DNA of 64,000 nucleotides from Octopus bimaculoides (taxonomy: Eukaryota). This document shows, piece by piece, positions 24,926 to 37,937 of this stretch. The position numbers and the translations under genes are program-made. Location: NCBI RefSeq assembly GCF_001194135.2, contig NC_068981.1, forward strand, positions 77,598,054-77,662,053, in the 5' to 3' direction. Under the pieces are notes generated by a model. That model ran no database searches. It saw only the letters and a program-made list of their open reading frames with translations, and had not been told where the DNA came from. How positions within the stretch are numbered: the stretch's first letter is position 1; each line of letters opens with the position of its first letter.

Positions 24926-25411
24926 TCTCTCTCTCACTTCTCTCTCGCTTTTTGTAAATTTAACCCATGTCATATATTAAGAGTTGTGTGGGTAAAAATG
25001 TGAGTTTCGGAGAGTATGTCACATGTTGAATGATATTAATTTACATATTGACATGACAACCATTAGCAGATATTTCTGCATGTTCCTATGGTTGACGTTC
25101 AGCGTAGCAAGTTGCAATCTATGAATAATACCAGTTGCTTAAAGCGAAGACTAAGCTAGCTTTGTTGCCGAGAAAGTACCCTAAAAAGGAGAATATAAAC
25201 GTCATTGTACCAAATTTTCGTTTGCGTATTGGTTTAGCTTTTGTGGGTTTAGTTCGGTGGTTAAGAGAGGAAACTCTTATAATGGTAGAGAAAGTCTAAA
25301 AGATTATATACAACCAATCAACCACATCACAAACAAAATTCAATGTGGACTATATGAAGAAAAACAGTTTGTCCAATAATGCCAACATCAATACCTTGGT
25401 CAATTTTGGCA

Positions 25412-25600
25412 GCAATAATAATTCTTTCTATTATAGGCACAAGGCCTTAAATTTGGGAGAGGGGACTAGTCGATTACATTGACCTCAGTACTCAACTGGT
25501 ACTTAGTTTATCGACCCCGAAAGGATGAAAGGCAAAGTCGACCTCAGCACCGCTAAGCATTTTACACGGCGTGCTAACGATTCTACCAGCTCACCGCCTT
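25412..25600 (-). mobile_element. SINE family A copy, B-box region deleted
   Basis: Reverse complement of head, core and tail; junction GACCTCAG|CACCGCTAAG. Confidence 0.9.
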
Positions 25601-26739
25601 TCTAGTACCAATAATAATGACAATCACCACAGGAAGGATACCACAAACATAAGTAAAACAGTGAAATTTTTTATCAGGGATTTCGAGGACTTAGAAAAAA
25701 CAAACTCATTAAAAAATCTTTGAACAGAAGGAAGAACAGACATAGTACTGGAGTTGTTCATGAAGAAAAGACGAAGGATGAAAGTGGACAGAGATATATG
25801 TCTACTTTTTTCTTGAAGAAAAGTTAGTCAAGACATTTTGTCTGTTATTAAGGTTGCCACGAGGATATCATCAACAAGAGTCTGAAGCAGAAAACGAAAA
25901 GATGACGCGTAGAAGATGTTTGTGCAACACATATCGAACTATATATTTTTACTCTTTTATATGGAGTGAAGCAAGCGAGACATTCTCAGAGATACGGAGA
26001 CGAAAATTGACCTGTTGTTGATCGTGGGTTACAAAAAGCACTTTAAATGGTTGCACGAACGGTTGCGAGCCCAGTTGATCTTCGAGAAGCAGAATGCCTC
26101 ATCAGAGATATATGCTGTTGGTCAGGCTGGTGGTGCAAAGTAGAAAGACAACTTCTACACATGTTGCAGTAAACTCTCTCCAGGACTTTGTACACTGAAA
26201 AAGGAAAGAAAAGAGTTGGAAAATTAACAACAGGAGATAGATTCAGAAACAAGTCACAAAATATATAAAGCAAGACAGCTGCTGATACTGTTGTTGCTGC
26301 TAAATCACCAGTGGTCAAGAAGTTACTCGTGCCAGTATTTCTGAAAAGGTCTTCCTCTTCAATATTAAGCCAAACAGATGTCCTTGTCAATGTTTCCAAC
26401 TCAACATTATGCAATAATGTCGAGGAAATGAAAGTTAGGAATAAGTGAAAACGAATTGTGGATTGGAAGTTAGGAATAAGTGACAACGAATTTATAGAAC
26501 TAGATAAATCTAACCTTGGCCTTCATATAGAACAATGTATCTTTCTTCATATATCCTCATATCCACAATTATCCACGATGTTAATGTGAAATTGATTGAA
26601 CATCTATTAAAAGTTTAAAACAAAAAAGAAAATACTATATTGGTGCTGGAAAATGATATAAAAATATTTCTCCACAAACCCTAGAAGAATAAACTGTTAG
26701 TGATGATAATGGTCTGTCGAACCAATAGTGAAAGATATT

Positions 26740-27530
26740 CAACTTAATTAATGGACAGGTATTGAAGAGCTCCCGCTCGAGCTGGAATGCAGGAAACCAA
26801 TGTCAGATACGCAAACCATGCCACCGTGATGCCGTTGATAGATTAGAAATCGAGTTGGCCAGCTCTATTCTAAAACAAGCCGGTGGAGATGCAACTCAAC
26901 ACGTTGAGAGGCTAGTCTACAGAAGCAAGTGGAAGTGTAGTCTGTCAATGGATGTATTTTTTTTATGGTGGTTTCAATCTGGTTCAGTCCCAGAGTGGTT
27001 AAAAACTACGACAGAGTTACGAGGAAAGTGGCCAGTCACTAGAAATAGGCTGAGAGGAAGCTAAGTCTAAATAAACGAAAAAAAGGCAGAGGACTCCTAT
27101 ATCGTCTGCATTATTTATTATCATCCACCCGTTGCACCTTGTCCCAGATAGCATCCGACCCCGTAAAAATATTTGTTCTTCTGGGTTGGGATTGGGTATG
27201 GAGGCTCCTTTAATAGAAGGTTGCTCTGCTGCCAACACATTAAGGTCAGAAAGCTCGGTATGAGGTGACTAATGATAAGTAGGCATGCAATAGAGGGTGA
27301 GGTGTCATTACTGTAAGTGAAGTATGTTCTTCGCTCTCCTATTTCACAGAGTTGTATTTCTGAGTCAAGCGAAGACCAAGTATTGGATGTCTCACATCTG
27401 GAATATGTATCAGTTAAACAAATCTGTTCGACGGAATGTCCATACTGCATTCTACAGCGTGTTAGTAGCAGGCAAGATAAATATAAGGGATAAAATATAG
27501 AGGACATATGCAGGAAGAGCCGTCAATCGG
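26740..27530 (+). mobile_element. Old Tx1-like ORF2 fragment
   Basis: IWFSPRVVKNYDRVTRKVAS, AERKLSL, SYIVCIIYY..VAPCP, RRLLCCQHIKVRKLGM. GCATTCTACAGCGTGTTAGTAGCAGGCAAG resembles 22484-22513. Confidence 0.7.
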
Positions 27531-27559
27531 GTTTACTTTTTTACTTCTTGTGGAAACTT

Positions 27560-28620
27560 GAACTACTATTTACAACACCTTTTTCATAGAGGATATCGAC
27601 TGATAGATGATGATGGGCAGACATGTGTTCGCCTTTGTCAAGCACGTCCTTCTAAATTTCATCTCTTTCACTGAGGAGCAGCTCTAAGCTAAACGAAGAG
27701 TAAAATCAGGACCCTGGCACCGGAAATGTTGTCAGGCGCTCACAGCCAGTCAACCCGTAGAACTTCCCTTGTAGCTTTTTTACATATAGAGGATGGGGAT
27801 GACGTTCCAGGGTCGTCGATGAAAATCAGTGAGTTTGTCTGTTCCGAATACCTTTCAGTCCAGGGGACTATGCATGAATCACAGATATCTCAGACCTGAC
27901 AATGTTTGCTGAAAACAAGCCTTACTAGAATAAAGATGCCATCAGCGAGGTTAATCTGAGATCCTCAGAGAGAGACAAAAGCGTCCCTCACATTTCATTA
28001 TTGTCTAAGTATTAGGGATCTGTCGGACCACTCATAGTAAGCATCTCGTCAACCGAAACTATCGTGATTTTTCTACTGTCCTTCTTTCACTGAGAATAAT
28101 AGTAAGCTTCTCTGTCTTATGGCTACGCCGATCGATATGGCGGTGGTTGTGAATGTGATAGAAATGCATTCAAGGTAAATTTTTTCTCAAAACAACTTTT
28201 TTTTTACCCTACATAGAACTGACGAAGGAATAATGAAACTGCTAAATAAAGTGAAAGGGTAGTAATGTATTGATTGAGCAGAATTTGGGTTCTCGTTTTG
28301 TAGAACACCCAAATAACTGGCTGACTGTGAAAACCACACTAGTAGTCTACGATGTACAAATGTGCAACGTCCTTCTAGATGTGAACGATTTCTTGAACAG
28401 TCAACACCAAAGATTTCCATGAACACTTTCGAGTGTATGCCAGTTTCATGGTGTGGCAGGAGGCCACTGTCATGGATACTCTGGCCCTGTTAAACTGGTG
28501 TGTGAGTGGGTCGTCCCGTTAGTGAGTGAGTTTTTTTGTGTGTCGTTCCCTTAATGATATATATAATTAGAGTGTTTTATATCATTATCTTTTTATTCTG
28601 TTGGTTTATTTTGTATTTAA
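27560..28620 (+). mobile_element. Second old Tx1-like 3' fragment
   Basis: GGCACCGGAAATGTTGTCAGGCGCTCACA resembles GGCACCTAGAGTGTCGTCAAGCGCTCACA (22411-22439). It covers part of the same ORF2 region as the previous fragment. Right end uncertain. Confidence 0.55.
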
Positions 28621-28784
28621 AACCTGTCCAATTATTTATGGTTTAATATTTGCGACTCACTTCAATTTGTATTTATGTAGCTTTGTTGTGTATATACCTC
28701 ACCACCAATATCTAATACTCTTTTATTGTATCTAAAAACAGTCCATGGTAACAAAACAAAATTAGTTATTACTATTATTGTAAA

Positions 28785-28980
28785 TTGCTAGAATAGTTAC
28801 AGCATCGGTATTTGTTCCGGTTTTCTAAGTTCTGAGATCAATTCTCACCGGGGTGAATTTTCTTTCATCCTTCCGTGTGGATAAAAGGAAATACTAGTGA
28901 AGTAGCAGAAGCGGTGTAATTGAATAAACCCTTCCCCAAATTTGCGCCTTGTGTTTATTCTAGAAACGGTTATTATTACC
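28785..28980 (+). mobile_element. SINE family A, very old copy
   Basis: Degenerate core TTTCATCCTTCCGTGTGGATAAAA and tail CCTTCCCCAAATTTGCGCCTTGTG. Confidence 0.65.
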
Positions 28981-30093
28981 TTCATCTTAATCTACAAAAT
29001 TGAATGTATTTTCCATGTTTTACAACTAGACAGCTGAAGTTGCACACAGACGTACATCTTCTCAAGGAGGTCACTGACTACGTTACTTCTTCATATACTT
29101 CCTATATTCTTAGAAAAGCAACGTAAATTATATGCCTTCAAGCCCTGCAATAATTACACGAAATGTTACTGATTAGATAAATAATTCATTTAGAGTAATT
29201 ATGTTAATTAGCACAGTATTATGAAAAAATAACGTTTTCGCAGAAAACGAATATAAAAGTAACATTTTGTTTATATTTGTCCATATATTTTTGCCCATTT
29301 TTAAGAAGCTTCACTTGAAGAATCTTTTGCAAAGGTTGTGTGCAACAATTCTGAGTGAATTAACATTCTCGCTTCAACTGAAGACTGACGGCATTGTTTG
29401 AATGTAATTTATTCAAAATACAGTAACTAATGTGATTGTATTTACTTTAGGTATTAATGATCTTGGGCAAGATCAGCTTCTACTACTACTAGTTACATAC
29501 ATGCAGAGTGAAGTTAGTACAACTGTAGAACTGTGAACAAAATTCATTGGAGTAATTGCTTTAGTTTCTTTATATTCTCTTTTGAAATTTGACATAACTC
29601 AACTTTATCCCTCGCCCTTCCACAAAATGAATACCGATCAAATAACGGTAGAGACATAATCGGTTGTGCTATTAGCTCGCATTCTCTAAAATGTTTGTTT
29701 TGCGTCTAAATTAGGAAGAAATATTGTATCTAGACCTACTAGATTACAGTATTCAGTAATGACATAAGCAGTTTTTGATTTAAATTGTAATGAGCTTAAT
29801 TTGTATTTGATCACGCCGGGTTCTATAAAATAATTAATACTTGTTATGTTGTAAGTTTTAGGGGATTGACATATTGACACACTTTACATATACGTGGCTT
29901 TATACCAATGTAATTAACTTTTAAAACATCTTTATTTACAGAGTTGTACTTCTTTAGCAAGTGATTTTATCTTAGACCCTTTCTTAAAATCAGAACTATT
30001 ACGCTGTGGAAGAGCCATAATCACCATTTAAAAATCATACATATGCTATTTTATGCACTTTTGTTTTATATCATGAGAGTATTGTATAATAAA

Positions 30094-30445
30094 GGAGGCG
30101 CAATGGCCCAGTGGTTAGGGCAGCGGACTCGCGGTCATAGGATCACGGTTTCGATTCCCAGACCGGGCGTTGTGAGTGTTTATTGAGCGAAAACACCTAA
30201 AGCTCCACGAGGCTCCGGCAGGGGATGGTGGCGAACCCTGCTGTACTCTTCCACCACAACTTTCTCTCACTCTTACTTCCTGTTTCTGTTGTGCCTGTAA
30301 TTCAAACGGTCAGCCTTGTCACACTGTGTCACGCTGAATATCCCCGAGAACTACGTTAAGGGTACACGTGTCTGTGGAGTGCTCATCCACTTGCACGTTA
30401 ATTTCACGAGCAGGCTGTTCCGCTGATCGGATCAACTGGAACCCT
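30094..30445 (+). mobile_element. SINE family B (tRNA-Arg-like head, OR2-like), 3'-truncated
   Basis: A box TGGCCCAGTGG and B box GGTTTCGATTCCC; near-identical to 31049-31400; stops at CTGGAACCCT. Family name is from memory. Confidence 0.92.
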
Positions 30446-31048
30446 TTCTTTGTCTCACTCCATTTCTTTCTCTCCAACTCTCTCACACAACACACATATA
30501 TAACCTTTCTCATTCGTTTCTCTTCGACGACAATGTGTAGACAAGTTATACTAGGACGCTGTAATTATTAATTCTTCATTTAAAAACCAAACCGTATCAT
30601 GTTGTTACCTGATCACAAGTATCAAGAATCAAAAGTATGACAACTGTCTAACTAGACGACATTTTAGGAGTACTTATAAACCTACGCCATCCACTGTTTT
30701 CCTGTCTTAATTAATATGATAGGGTGTGATTTGAGGGTGAATTGACTACTATTTCTATTAGATCAAATGAAAATTTGCAGTGTAAGGCTCGTCACCGACC
30801 TCAACATTGTTTAACCGGCATGCCACTGCCGTTGTTCAGGTGGTTTAGTGCTGCATACACACAATTTAATAATAACAATTATTAATGTGGCAAAATGGAA
30901 GAAAGGAAAATACCAACAAACAAACAAGGATCTTTGAAATAACCGACTTGCTAGAAATAACAACTAAATTTCTTTCAAATCCAGCACGTCTTCTGCGTTT
31001 ACTAGAATTACGCTGTAGTGATTATTTTCCTTTTTACTGATATCTGTT

Positions 31049-31440
31049 GTGGAGGCGCAATGGCCCAGTGGTTAGGGCAGCGGACTCGCGGTCTTAGGAT
31101 TGCGGTTTCGATTCCCAGACCGGGCATTGTGAGTGTTTATTGAGCGAAAACACCTAAAGCTCCACGAGGCTCCGACAGGGGATGGTGGCGAACCCTGCTG
31201 TAACTCTTTCACCACAACTTTCGAACACTCTTACTTCCTGTTTCTGTTGTGCCTGTAATTCAAAGGGTCAGCCTTGTCACACTGTATCACGCTGAATATC
31301 TCCGAGAACTACGTTAAGGGTACACGTGTCTGTGGAGTGCTCAGTCACTTGCACGTTAATTTCACGAGCAGGCTGTTCCGTTGATCGGATCAACTGGAAC
31401 TCTCGACGTCGTAAGCGACGGAGTGGCAACAACAACAACA
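31049..31440 (+). mobile_element. SINE family B, full length with (CAA)n tail and 13-bp TSD
   Basis: ACTGATATCTGTT at 31036-31048 and 31441-31453; A/B boxes; CAACAACAAC tail. Confidence 0.95.
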
Positions 31441-31909
31441 ACTGATATCTGTTATTAACTAGTTTGGTGCTAATATCCAATGGTGCAGTGACTATGAGGT
31501 ATGTAGTAATGGTGGTGGTGGTGGTGATGGTGGTGATAGTGGTCGTCGTGGTCGTAGTCGGGGTCGTAGTCATTGTTGTCGTTTTCGTTGACTTGATCTT
31601 AGCACTGTTGAGTCGGTTCTGATGTAGCAGAGCTAAGATCAAAAGTTTGCCATCAAACCAACTAATTTTTTTAAGGTAAAGTTGAGATATTTTGGTAGGT
31701 TGAATTATATTGCCAACCGGGCGAGCAATCGCGTAGAAATTCCTTCCAAGGCTCAGTTTTCGTTTCGTGTATGTGTGCAAATAAGGTAATGGAATATAAA
31801 CCATACGGCATTAATCGACAGTTGAAAACCTTCCATTTAACTTACACAGCCACTTCCCTTAAACACGCATGTAAGCCAAACCGAGTTTATCCTTTTTGAA
31901 AATACATGG

Positions 31910-31945
<36 letters not shown>

Positions 31946-32386
31946 GCACTCGTGCGTGCACGCACATACACATAAACGCATACGTCAAACCGAAATGAAA
32001 CGAATACGTGTAGAATATGAAAGTTTACAGGCCAATTCGGAAAGGAATCCTGTTCTAACGCGTGAGCGAATATATTTACGTATTTCGAAAGCTAATTGTT
32101 TTATTAACCACTATTGCTAATTAACTGGCGACTTGTGTTCTATATATTCTTCCGTTAAGGGAAAATTTCTACGTGCAATATCAAATGTTTTTCCTGGAAA
32201 TATAATACACCAGTATTTAGATATGGGGTTGCTAGACATGAATAATCTGCCGTGTGAGTTATTTCATCAAAACAGTGAGCGATTTTAAATGTGTATGTGT
32301 GCATGTAAGCGCGTGCACATGTATATATGTATATAAATAGACACACAGACACACCTATATAAACATATATTTATATATATGTAACA

Positions 32387-32621
32387 TGTTGGCACTCCGT
32401 CGCTTACGACGTCGAGGGTTTCAGTTGATCCGATCAACGGAACAGCCTGCTCGTGAAATTAACGTGCAAGTGGCTGAGCATTCCACAGACACGTGTACCC
32501 TTAACGCAGTTCTCGGGGATATTCAGCGTGACACAGTGTGACAAGGCTGGCCCTTTGAATTACAGGCACAACAGAAACAGGAAGAAAGAGTGAGAGAAGG
32601 TTGTGGTGAAAGAGTACCGCA
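32387..32621 (-). mobile_element. SINE family B, 3' part (5' part runs into the assembly gap)
   Basis: Reverse complement of about 31195-31430. Confidence 0.93.
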
Positions 32622-33521
32622 NNNNNNNNNNNNNNNNNNNNNNNNNNNNNNNNNNNNNNNNNNNNNNNNNNNNNNNNNNNNNNNNNNNNNNNNNNNNNNN
32701 NNNNNNNNNNNNNNNNNNNNNNNNNNNNNNNNNNNNNNNNNNNNNNNNNNNNNNNNNNNNNNNNNNNNNNNNNNNNNNNNNNNNNNNNNNNNNNNNNNNN
32801 NNNNNNNNNNNNNNNNNNNNNNNNNNNNNNNNNNNNNNNNNNNNNNNNNNNNNNNNNNNNNNNNNNNNNNNNNNNNNNNNNNNNNNNNNNNNNNNNNNNN
32901 NNNNNNNNNNNNNNNNNNNNNNNNNNNNNNNNNNNNNNNNNNNNNNNNNNNNNNNNNNNNNNNNNNNNNNNNNNNNNNNNNNNNNNNNNNNNNNNNNNNN
33001 NNNNNNNNNNNNNNNNNNNNNNNNNNNNNNNNNNNNNNNNNNNNNNNNNNNNNNNNNNNNNNNNNNNNNNNNNNNNNNNNNNNNNNNNNNNNNNNNNNNN
33101 NNNNNNNNNNNNNNNNNNNNNNNNNNNNNNNNNNNNNNNNNNNNNNNNNNNNNNNNNNNNNNNNNNNNNNNNNNNNNNNNNNNNNNNNNNNNNNNNNNNN
33201 NNNNNNNNNNNNNNNNNNNNNNNNNNNNNNNNNNNNNNNNNNNNNNNNNNNNNNNNNNNNNNNNNNNNNNNNNNNNNNNNNNNNNNNNNNNNNNNNNNNN
33301 NNNNNNNNNNNNNNNNNNNNNNNNNNNNNNNNNNNNNNNNNNNNNNNNNNNNNNNNNNNNNNNNNNNNNNNNNNNNNNNNNNNNNNNNNNNNNNNNNNNN
33401 NNNNNNNNNNNNNNNNNNNNNNNNNNNNNNNNNNNNNNNNNNNNNNNNNNNNNNNNNNNNNNNNNNNNNNNNNNNNNNNNNNNNNNNNNNNNNNNNNNNN
33501 NNNNNNNNNNNNNNNNNNNNN
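32622..33521. other. Assembly gap (one of many N runs; others include 993-1366 and 44027-44945)
   Basis: N run. Most gaps in the window abut (TA)n or other microsatellites. Confidence 1.
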
Positions 33522-33714
33522 TAACAAAGATAATTGGAATTATCTTTGTTATTTTTACTGGTTTATTTTGTCTTCATCTTCGCTCCTTGTACTATGTGGA
33601 CATTTATTGTGGTTCTAGAGTCAGAATTTGACTGCTATTTTTCAGCGTGGCGGTATCTCTTAGATACCCTGCATTATAATTTTATATATAAATATATATA
33701 TATATACATGTGTG

Positions 33715-33749
<35 letters not shown>

Positions 33750-33894
33750 ATGTATGTTTATAGATACTTGCACACACGCGTACGCACACGCACACACACA
33801 CACATACGCGCGCGCATACATATTTAAGAAAACAGACTGAGAAGATTGTACAGCACACCCATTTACGTAAATCCGACCAGGAGAGCAATTTCTA

Positions 33895-34409
33895 ATTAAC
33901 CCAAAAGATAAAGCTTCTCAACCCGAGAAAAAGCAAATATAGATTCGTTTCTACAGAAACAAACAACAAATCTCTCGTAATCGTATTGCATTATTGTCAC
34001 AAGTAAGTGGTTTATTAACATCGGGAATAACGAAAAACAATGGAGATTTATTCGGTTTGATATCATAGAATGCTATCCATCCATCTTTAAGAGTTTTTTG
34101 AAGGAGTTAGACTAACCAACAGTGACATTAGTATAATAATGAAATTAGAGTAGTTACTATATTATGTTAATTCCTTTTGGTTTAATGTCGATAACAACTT
34201 GTAATACGGAGATACCAAATTTAGTTGGATTATACCAGACACATTGATAAGTAGAATACAATCTACTAACATACGATTATACAGAAATAGCAGAATATCT
34301 CTATCATATAATATGAATGGATGTGACACACTAAGGAAACTACTTATTAACATCTTCAAAAATTCAGCCTTACAATTTCAATAGACACCAATCTGAAAGT
34401 AGTATATAA

Positions 34410-34468
<59 letters not shown>

Positions 34469-35170
34469 NNNNNNNNNNNNNNNNNNNNNNNNNNNNNNNN
34501 NNNNNNNNNNNNNNNNNNNNNNNNNNNNNNNNNNNNNNNNNNNNATATATATGTAAACACGAGAAAATACCATTCCTACTGAAAAATTGACGAAGAAACA
34601 ATGTGAATATATTCTTAAAAAGAAACTGCTTCGATGACAGACTGAAATTTAAACAACGCACACCAAAAGTCTTAAACACAGAGATAGGAAAATAACATCA
34701 TTTAATTCCAGTACAGTACAAATGCATCATCAACAATAGCAAGGAAGTTCCTGATACTGATAAGGGGTATCTTCACTTACATCACAAATATATTATATAA
34801 CTGTTTATAGAAATGTTGCTGAAGTCATATTAAGTTGTTCAATATGGGATCACAAATTTCCAACCTCAATCAACAGCTAGAAAACTTAATTAACTCGTCT
34901 TGAATGTATCTGTAGAAATATAATAAACTGTCCAATGAAGAGGGCATGTTTGTCGGAAGTGTATACTGCGTTTACTGAAAACACTCGTACATACTGATGG
35001 AATATCTATTGCATTGATATAGCAGCAAGGGTAATTTGAATCTATTATCAAAACAAGACTTTGTACCCAAAAGACAAAGAAGTCAGCTGTAGTAAATTCT
35101 GACCACCAGAGCATTTTTGGCAGCTTGGGAGGAATGTCGAAATGAAGATAGTTATAATATCAAAATTTGA
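33895..35170 (+). mobile_element. Penelope-like element relic, Naiad-like motifs, interrupted by (CT)n and a gap
   Basis: FIRFDIIECYP (FDIxEFYPSI-type), RLYRN (LYRDDG-type), TISIDTNLKVV, DRKITSFN (RKIIWFNPP-type) and ECICRNIINCPMKRACL Cys linker. Confidence 0.7.
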
Positions 35171-35254
35171 TTAGAAAAATAAATTTTATGTGGTCTCGAC
35201 CTGATTGGTCTATCGGATATAAAAGTAATTTATCGTTATTATAATCATTATAGC

Positions 35255-35750
35255 AGGGTTCCAGCCCGAGCCGCACCAACATGGTTCACTCACCACATTT
35301 ATCGGTACATTATCATTGCCTCTGTGTCCTGGATACCCTTCAGGCCAGAGTCTGCAATCAAATCATCGATGTGAGTGTGACAACGTTTTCTTTGCCTCAT
35401 CATGAAGTGGGTTCCACAACATTAATTTAGATACGTCCAGATCAGGGTCGCAACACGCAGTGACCAGACATTCGTAGCCGTCTTTGCCTGATCTGCTCGC
35501 TAACTTTCAGCAGGTTCCCATAAAGGCATTTATTTGTCATATGTTGCTGCCATTTCACATTTAAAGCCATTCGTAACATTCTTCTGTAGCATACATTTAG
35601 CCCGTTTGGTAATTTCTTTGTCAGTCTCCATATTTCACTCTTATATAATAACACTGATTCGACAGTTGCAATGAACAGCATGGTTTTGATTTACCTGACC
35701 AATTTGGAGTATCATAGAAAGACAGCTACCTGCCATTATAACCTTCGTGG
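35255..35750 (-). mobile_element. RTE-type LINE 3' part
   Basis: FIATVESVLLY, CYRRMLRMALNVKWQQHMTN, IRQRRLRMSGHC. Confidence 0.85.
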
Positions 35751-35754
35751 ATTT

Positions 35755-36010
35755 CAGTAAAGCATTTAACTGCATCCATCGTTATAAAATGTTGAAGATC
35801 CTTTGAGCATATGGCATTCCAGAAAAACTAGATTTTACCATTGCAACGACCTATGAGAAAACCAGAGAGCGTGTGTTTTCATCTGACGGAGAAACAAAAT
35901 TCTTTCAAATGCTAGTTGAGATGCTACAAGGTGGTAGACTTACCCCTTAGCAATTGTATTGGCTTATCCAATGCGGCAAGTTATAGAGAATGGTCTTATA
36001 CCGTGATTTC
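35755..36010 (+). mobile_element. RTE-type RT domains 3-4, inverted relative to the adjacent 3' part
   Basis: AFNCIHRYKMLKIL.AYGIPEK, SSDGETKFF, MLQGG, matching the AFDSIHR...VLQGD pattern. Confidence 0.8.
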
Positions 36011-36482
36011 ACCATAGACTGGGAGAGGTCGTAAAAGTAAAACTGGATGATATTTTGATACAACCCGGAAGTTTGCAATAATCTGTTCGTTTTGACTTGA
36101 AGAGCCACAAGTTTTGGAAATATCCTTCAGATGAATTATTATGTGAAGAAAAAGTGAGGAGTCATTTGATCAGGTCCTGAGTACTCTCTAGTTTCAGCTC
36201 GTCTGGGTCATGTAGAAAAATTTCTTCCCCTAAGCCAGCTGTCAACTTTAATTTCCCGTTCGTACATCTACCACACTGCTCACATATGACTAGATTTTTC
36301 CTCATTTTTGTCTTCAGTGACTTCACATTACTCCTTTACTCAAGTTTTCTATCGCACTTACACTACCAAGGTGGCAAAATGCTTATATTACTTTTCTCTC
36401 GGAAGAAACGAGGGCCAAGGAGCGAAATATCAATGTCTTTTATTCTGCACGACAAATCAACTCAATATAGTATTATATGAAC

Positions 36483-36527
<45 letters not shown>

Positions 36528-37029
36528 TGTGTGTATGTCTGTAATCGTGTCAGTTATTTCTTACCTTATTTTTGTCAATGGACAAGTACCATACATCAGA
36601 CTTTTGCGTACCGATTTGATACCAACACCCACGCACTATGTATATATATATATATANNNNNNNNNNNNNNNNNNNNNNNNNNNNNNNNNNNNNNNNNNNN
36701 NNNNNNNNNNNNNNNNNNNNNNNNNNNNNNNNNNNNNNNNNNNNNNNNNNNNNNNNNNNNNNNNNNNNNNNNNNNNNNNNNNNNNNNNNNNNNNNNNNNN
36801 NNNNNNNNNNNNNNNNNNNNNNNNNNNNNNNNNNNNNNNNNNNNNNNNNNNNNNNNNNNNNNNNNNNNNNNNNNNNNNNNNNNNNNNNNNNNNNNNNNNN
36901 NNNNNNNGTACTGTATATTTTTTATTATTTTTATAATTTGTATATATTTTTTTAATTATAAATTTAAAAGAACACCACGGAGGAATCGGCTTAATCTTAA
37001 ATAACAAACCGCGATACGGTGAGGTATTA

Positions 37030-37061
<32 letters not shown>

Positions 37062-37093
37062 TGCTACCTAATTGCTACCTAGCTAGCTAGATG

Positions 37094-37143
<50 letters not shown>

Positions 37144-37214
37144 CGTACGTACGTATGTACGTACATACATACATACATACATACATACATACATACATAC
37201 ATACATACATACAA

Positions 37215-37380
37215 TCAACGGGTTTCAACGCTGTCTAGCAAACTAACTCACAGAGCATTAGTGAACTCGGAGCTATAGTAAGAAACACTTTCAAAAGTTG
37301 ACGTGCAGTAGGACTGACCCTGAAAGCAAATGATTGTGAAACTAAATTCTTCAGCACACAGCCATGTCTGCGCCTGTAAT
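37215..37380 (-). mobile_element. SINE family C head
   Basis: Minus strand reads CAGGCGCAGACATGGCTGTGTG...CAGTCCTACTGC...CTTACTATAGC, similar to 40311-40470. Confidence 0.7.
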
Positions 37381-37891
37381 GTAAATTAATTATTTATTAG
37401 AACACGTCGTGTGTGGTGAAAGATAGTTATCTGAAAGTTATAATAACGCAAATATAGACTTTGCATTACCAGCTAAGAATTCTTTTAATAAGAAAATATT
37501 TTATATTTTTAGTCAGAATCTAAGACGAGTAATAAGGGAAAATATGGCAGAGATGTAAAATAATAGCGTATCTGGTATTTTCGTCTCTCACTAGAAGCAG
37601 TAAAACAGCAAACACGGTACTATAAATTACGATGTCAGGTCTATTACACGATTACGCAGTCGGCTGAGAGAGAAAGACTACGGAAATGTGTGGAGAGTAA
37701 GTGTTAGGAATAGAGAGAATATCTTAAGATAGACTTTAATAGAGATGAAAATACATTCAATTGAATGAATGAAAGAAAGGAGGAAGGAATGAACGAATGA
37801 AAAGTGTAGGTGGTTGAAATCTCGCACATCGTTCAGTTTTCTGTTTGAACAAAAGCAATCAATAGCTGTAATCCGTTAATTTACATACTGG

Positions 37892-37937
<46 letters not shown>

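Noticed and set aside
24590-24973. Hydrophobic 127-aa minus-strand ORF resembling GPCR TM1-TM2
   Set aside because: The Asn-to-Asp spacing is 19 residues rather than about 28, and no further helices follow; more likely an antisense shadow or chance.
30724-30988. Inverted ~40-bp motifs (GATTTGA...TATTTCTA) as MITE ends
   Set aside because: Low identity and no TSD; could equally be two fragments of a common repeat.
35255-35270. CTGGAACCCT shared by the RTE 3' end and the family B SINE tail
   Set aside because: Only 10 nt with no flanking similarity; too short to claim a shared tail.
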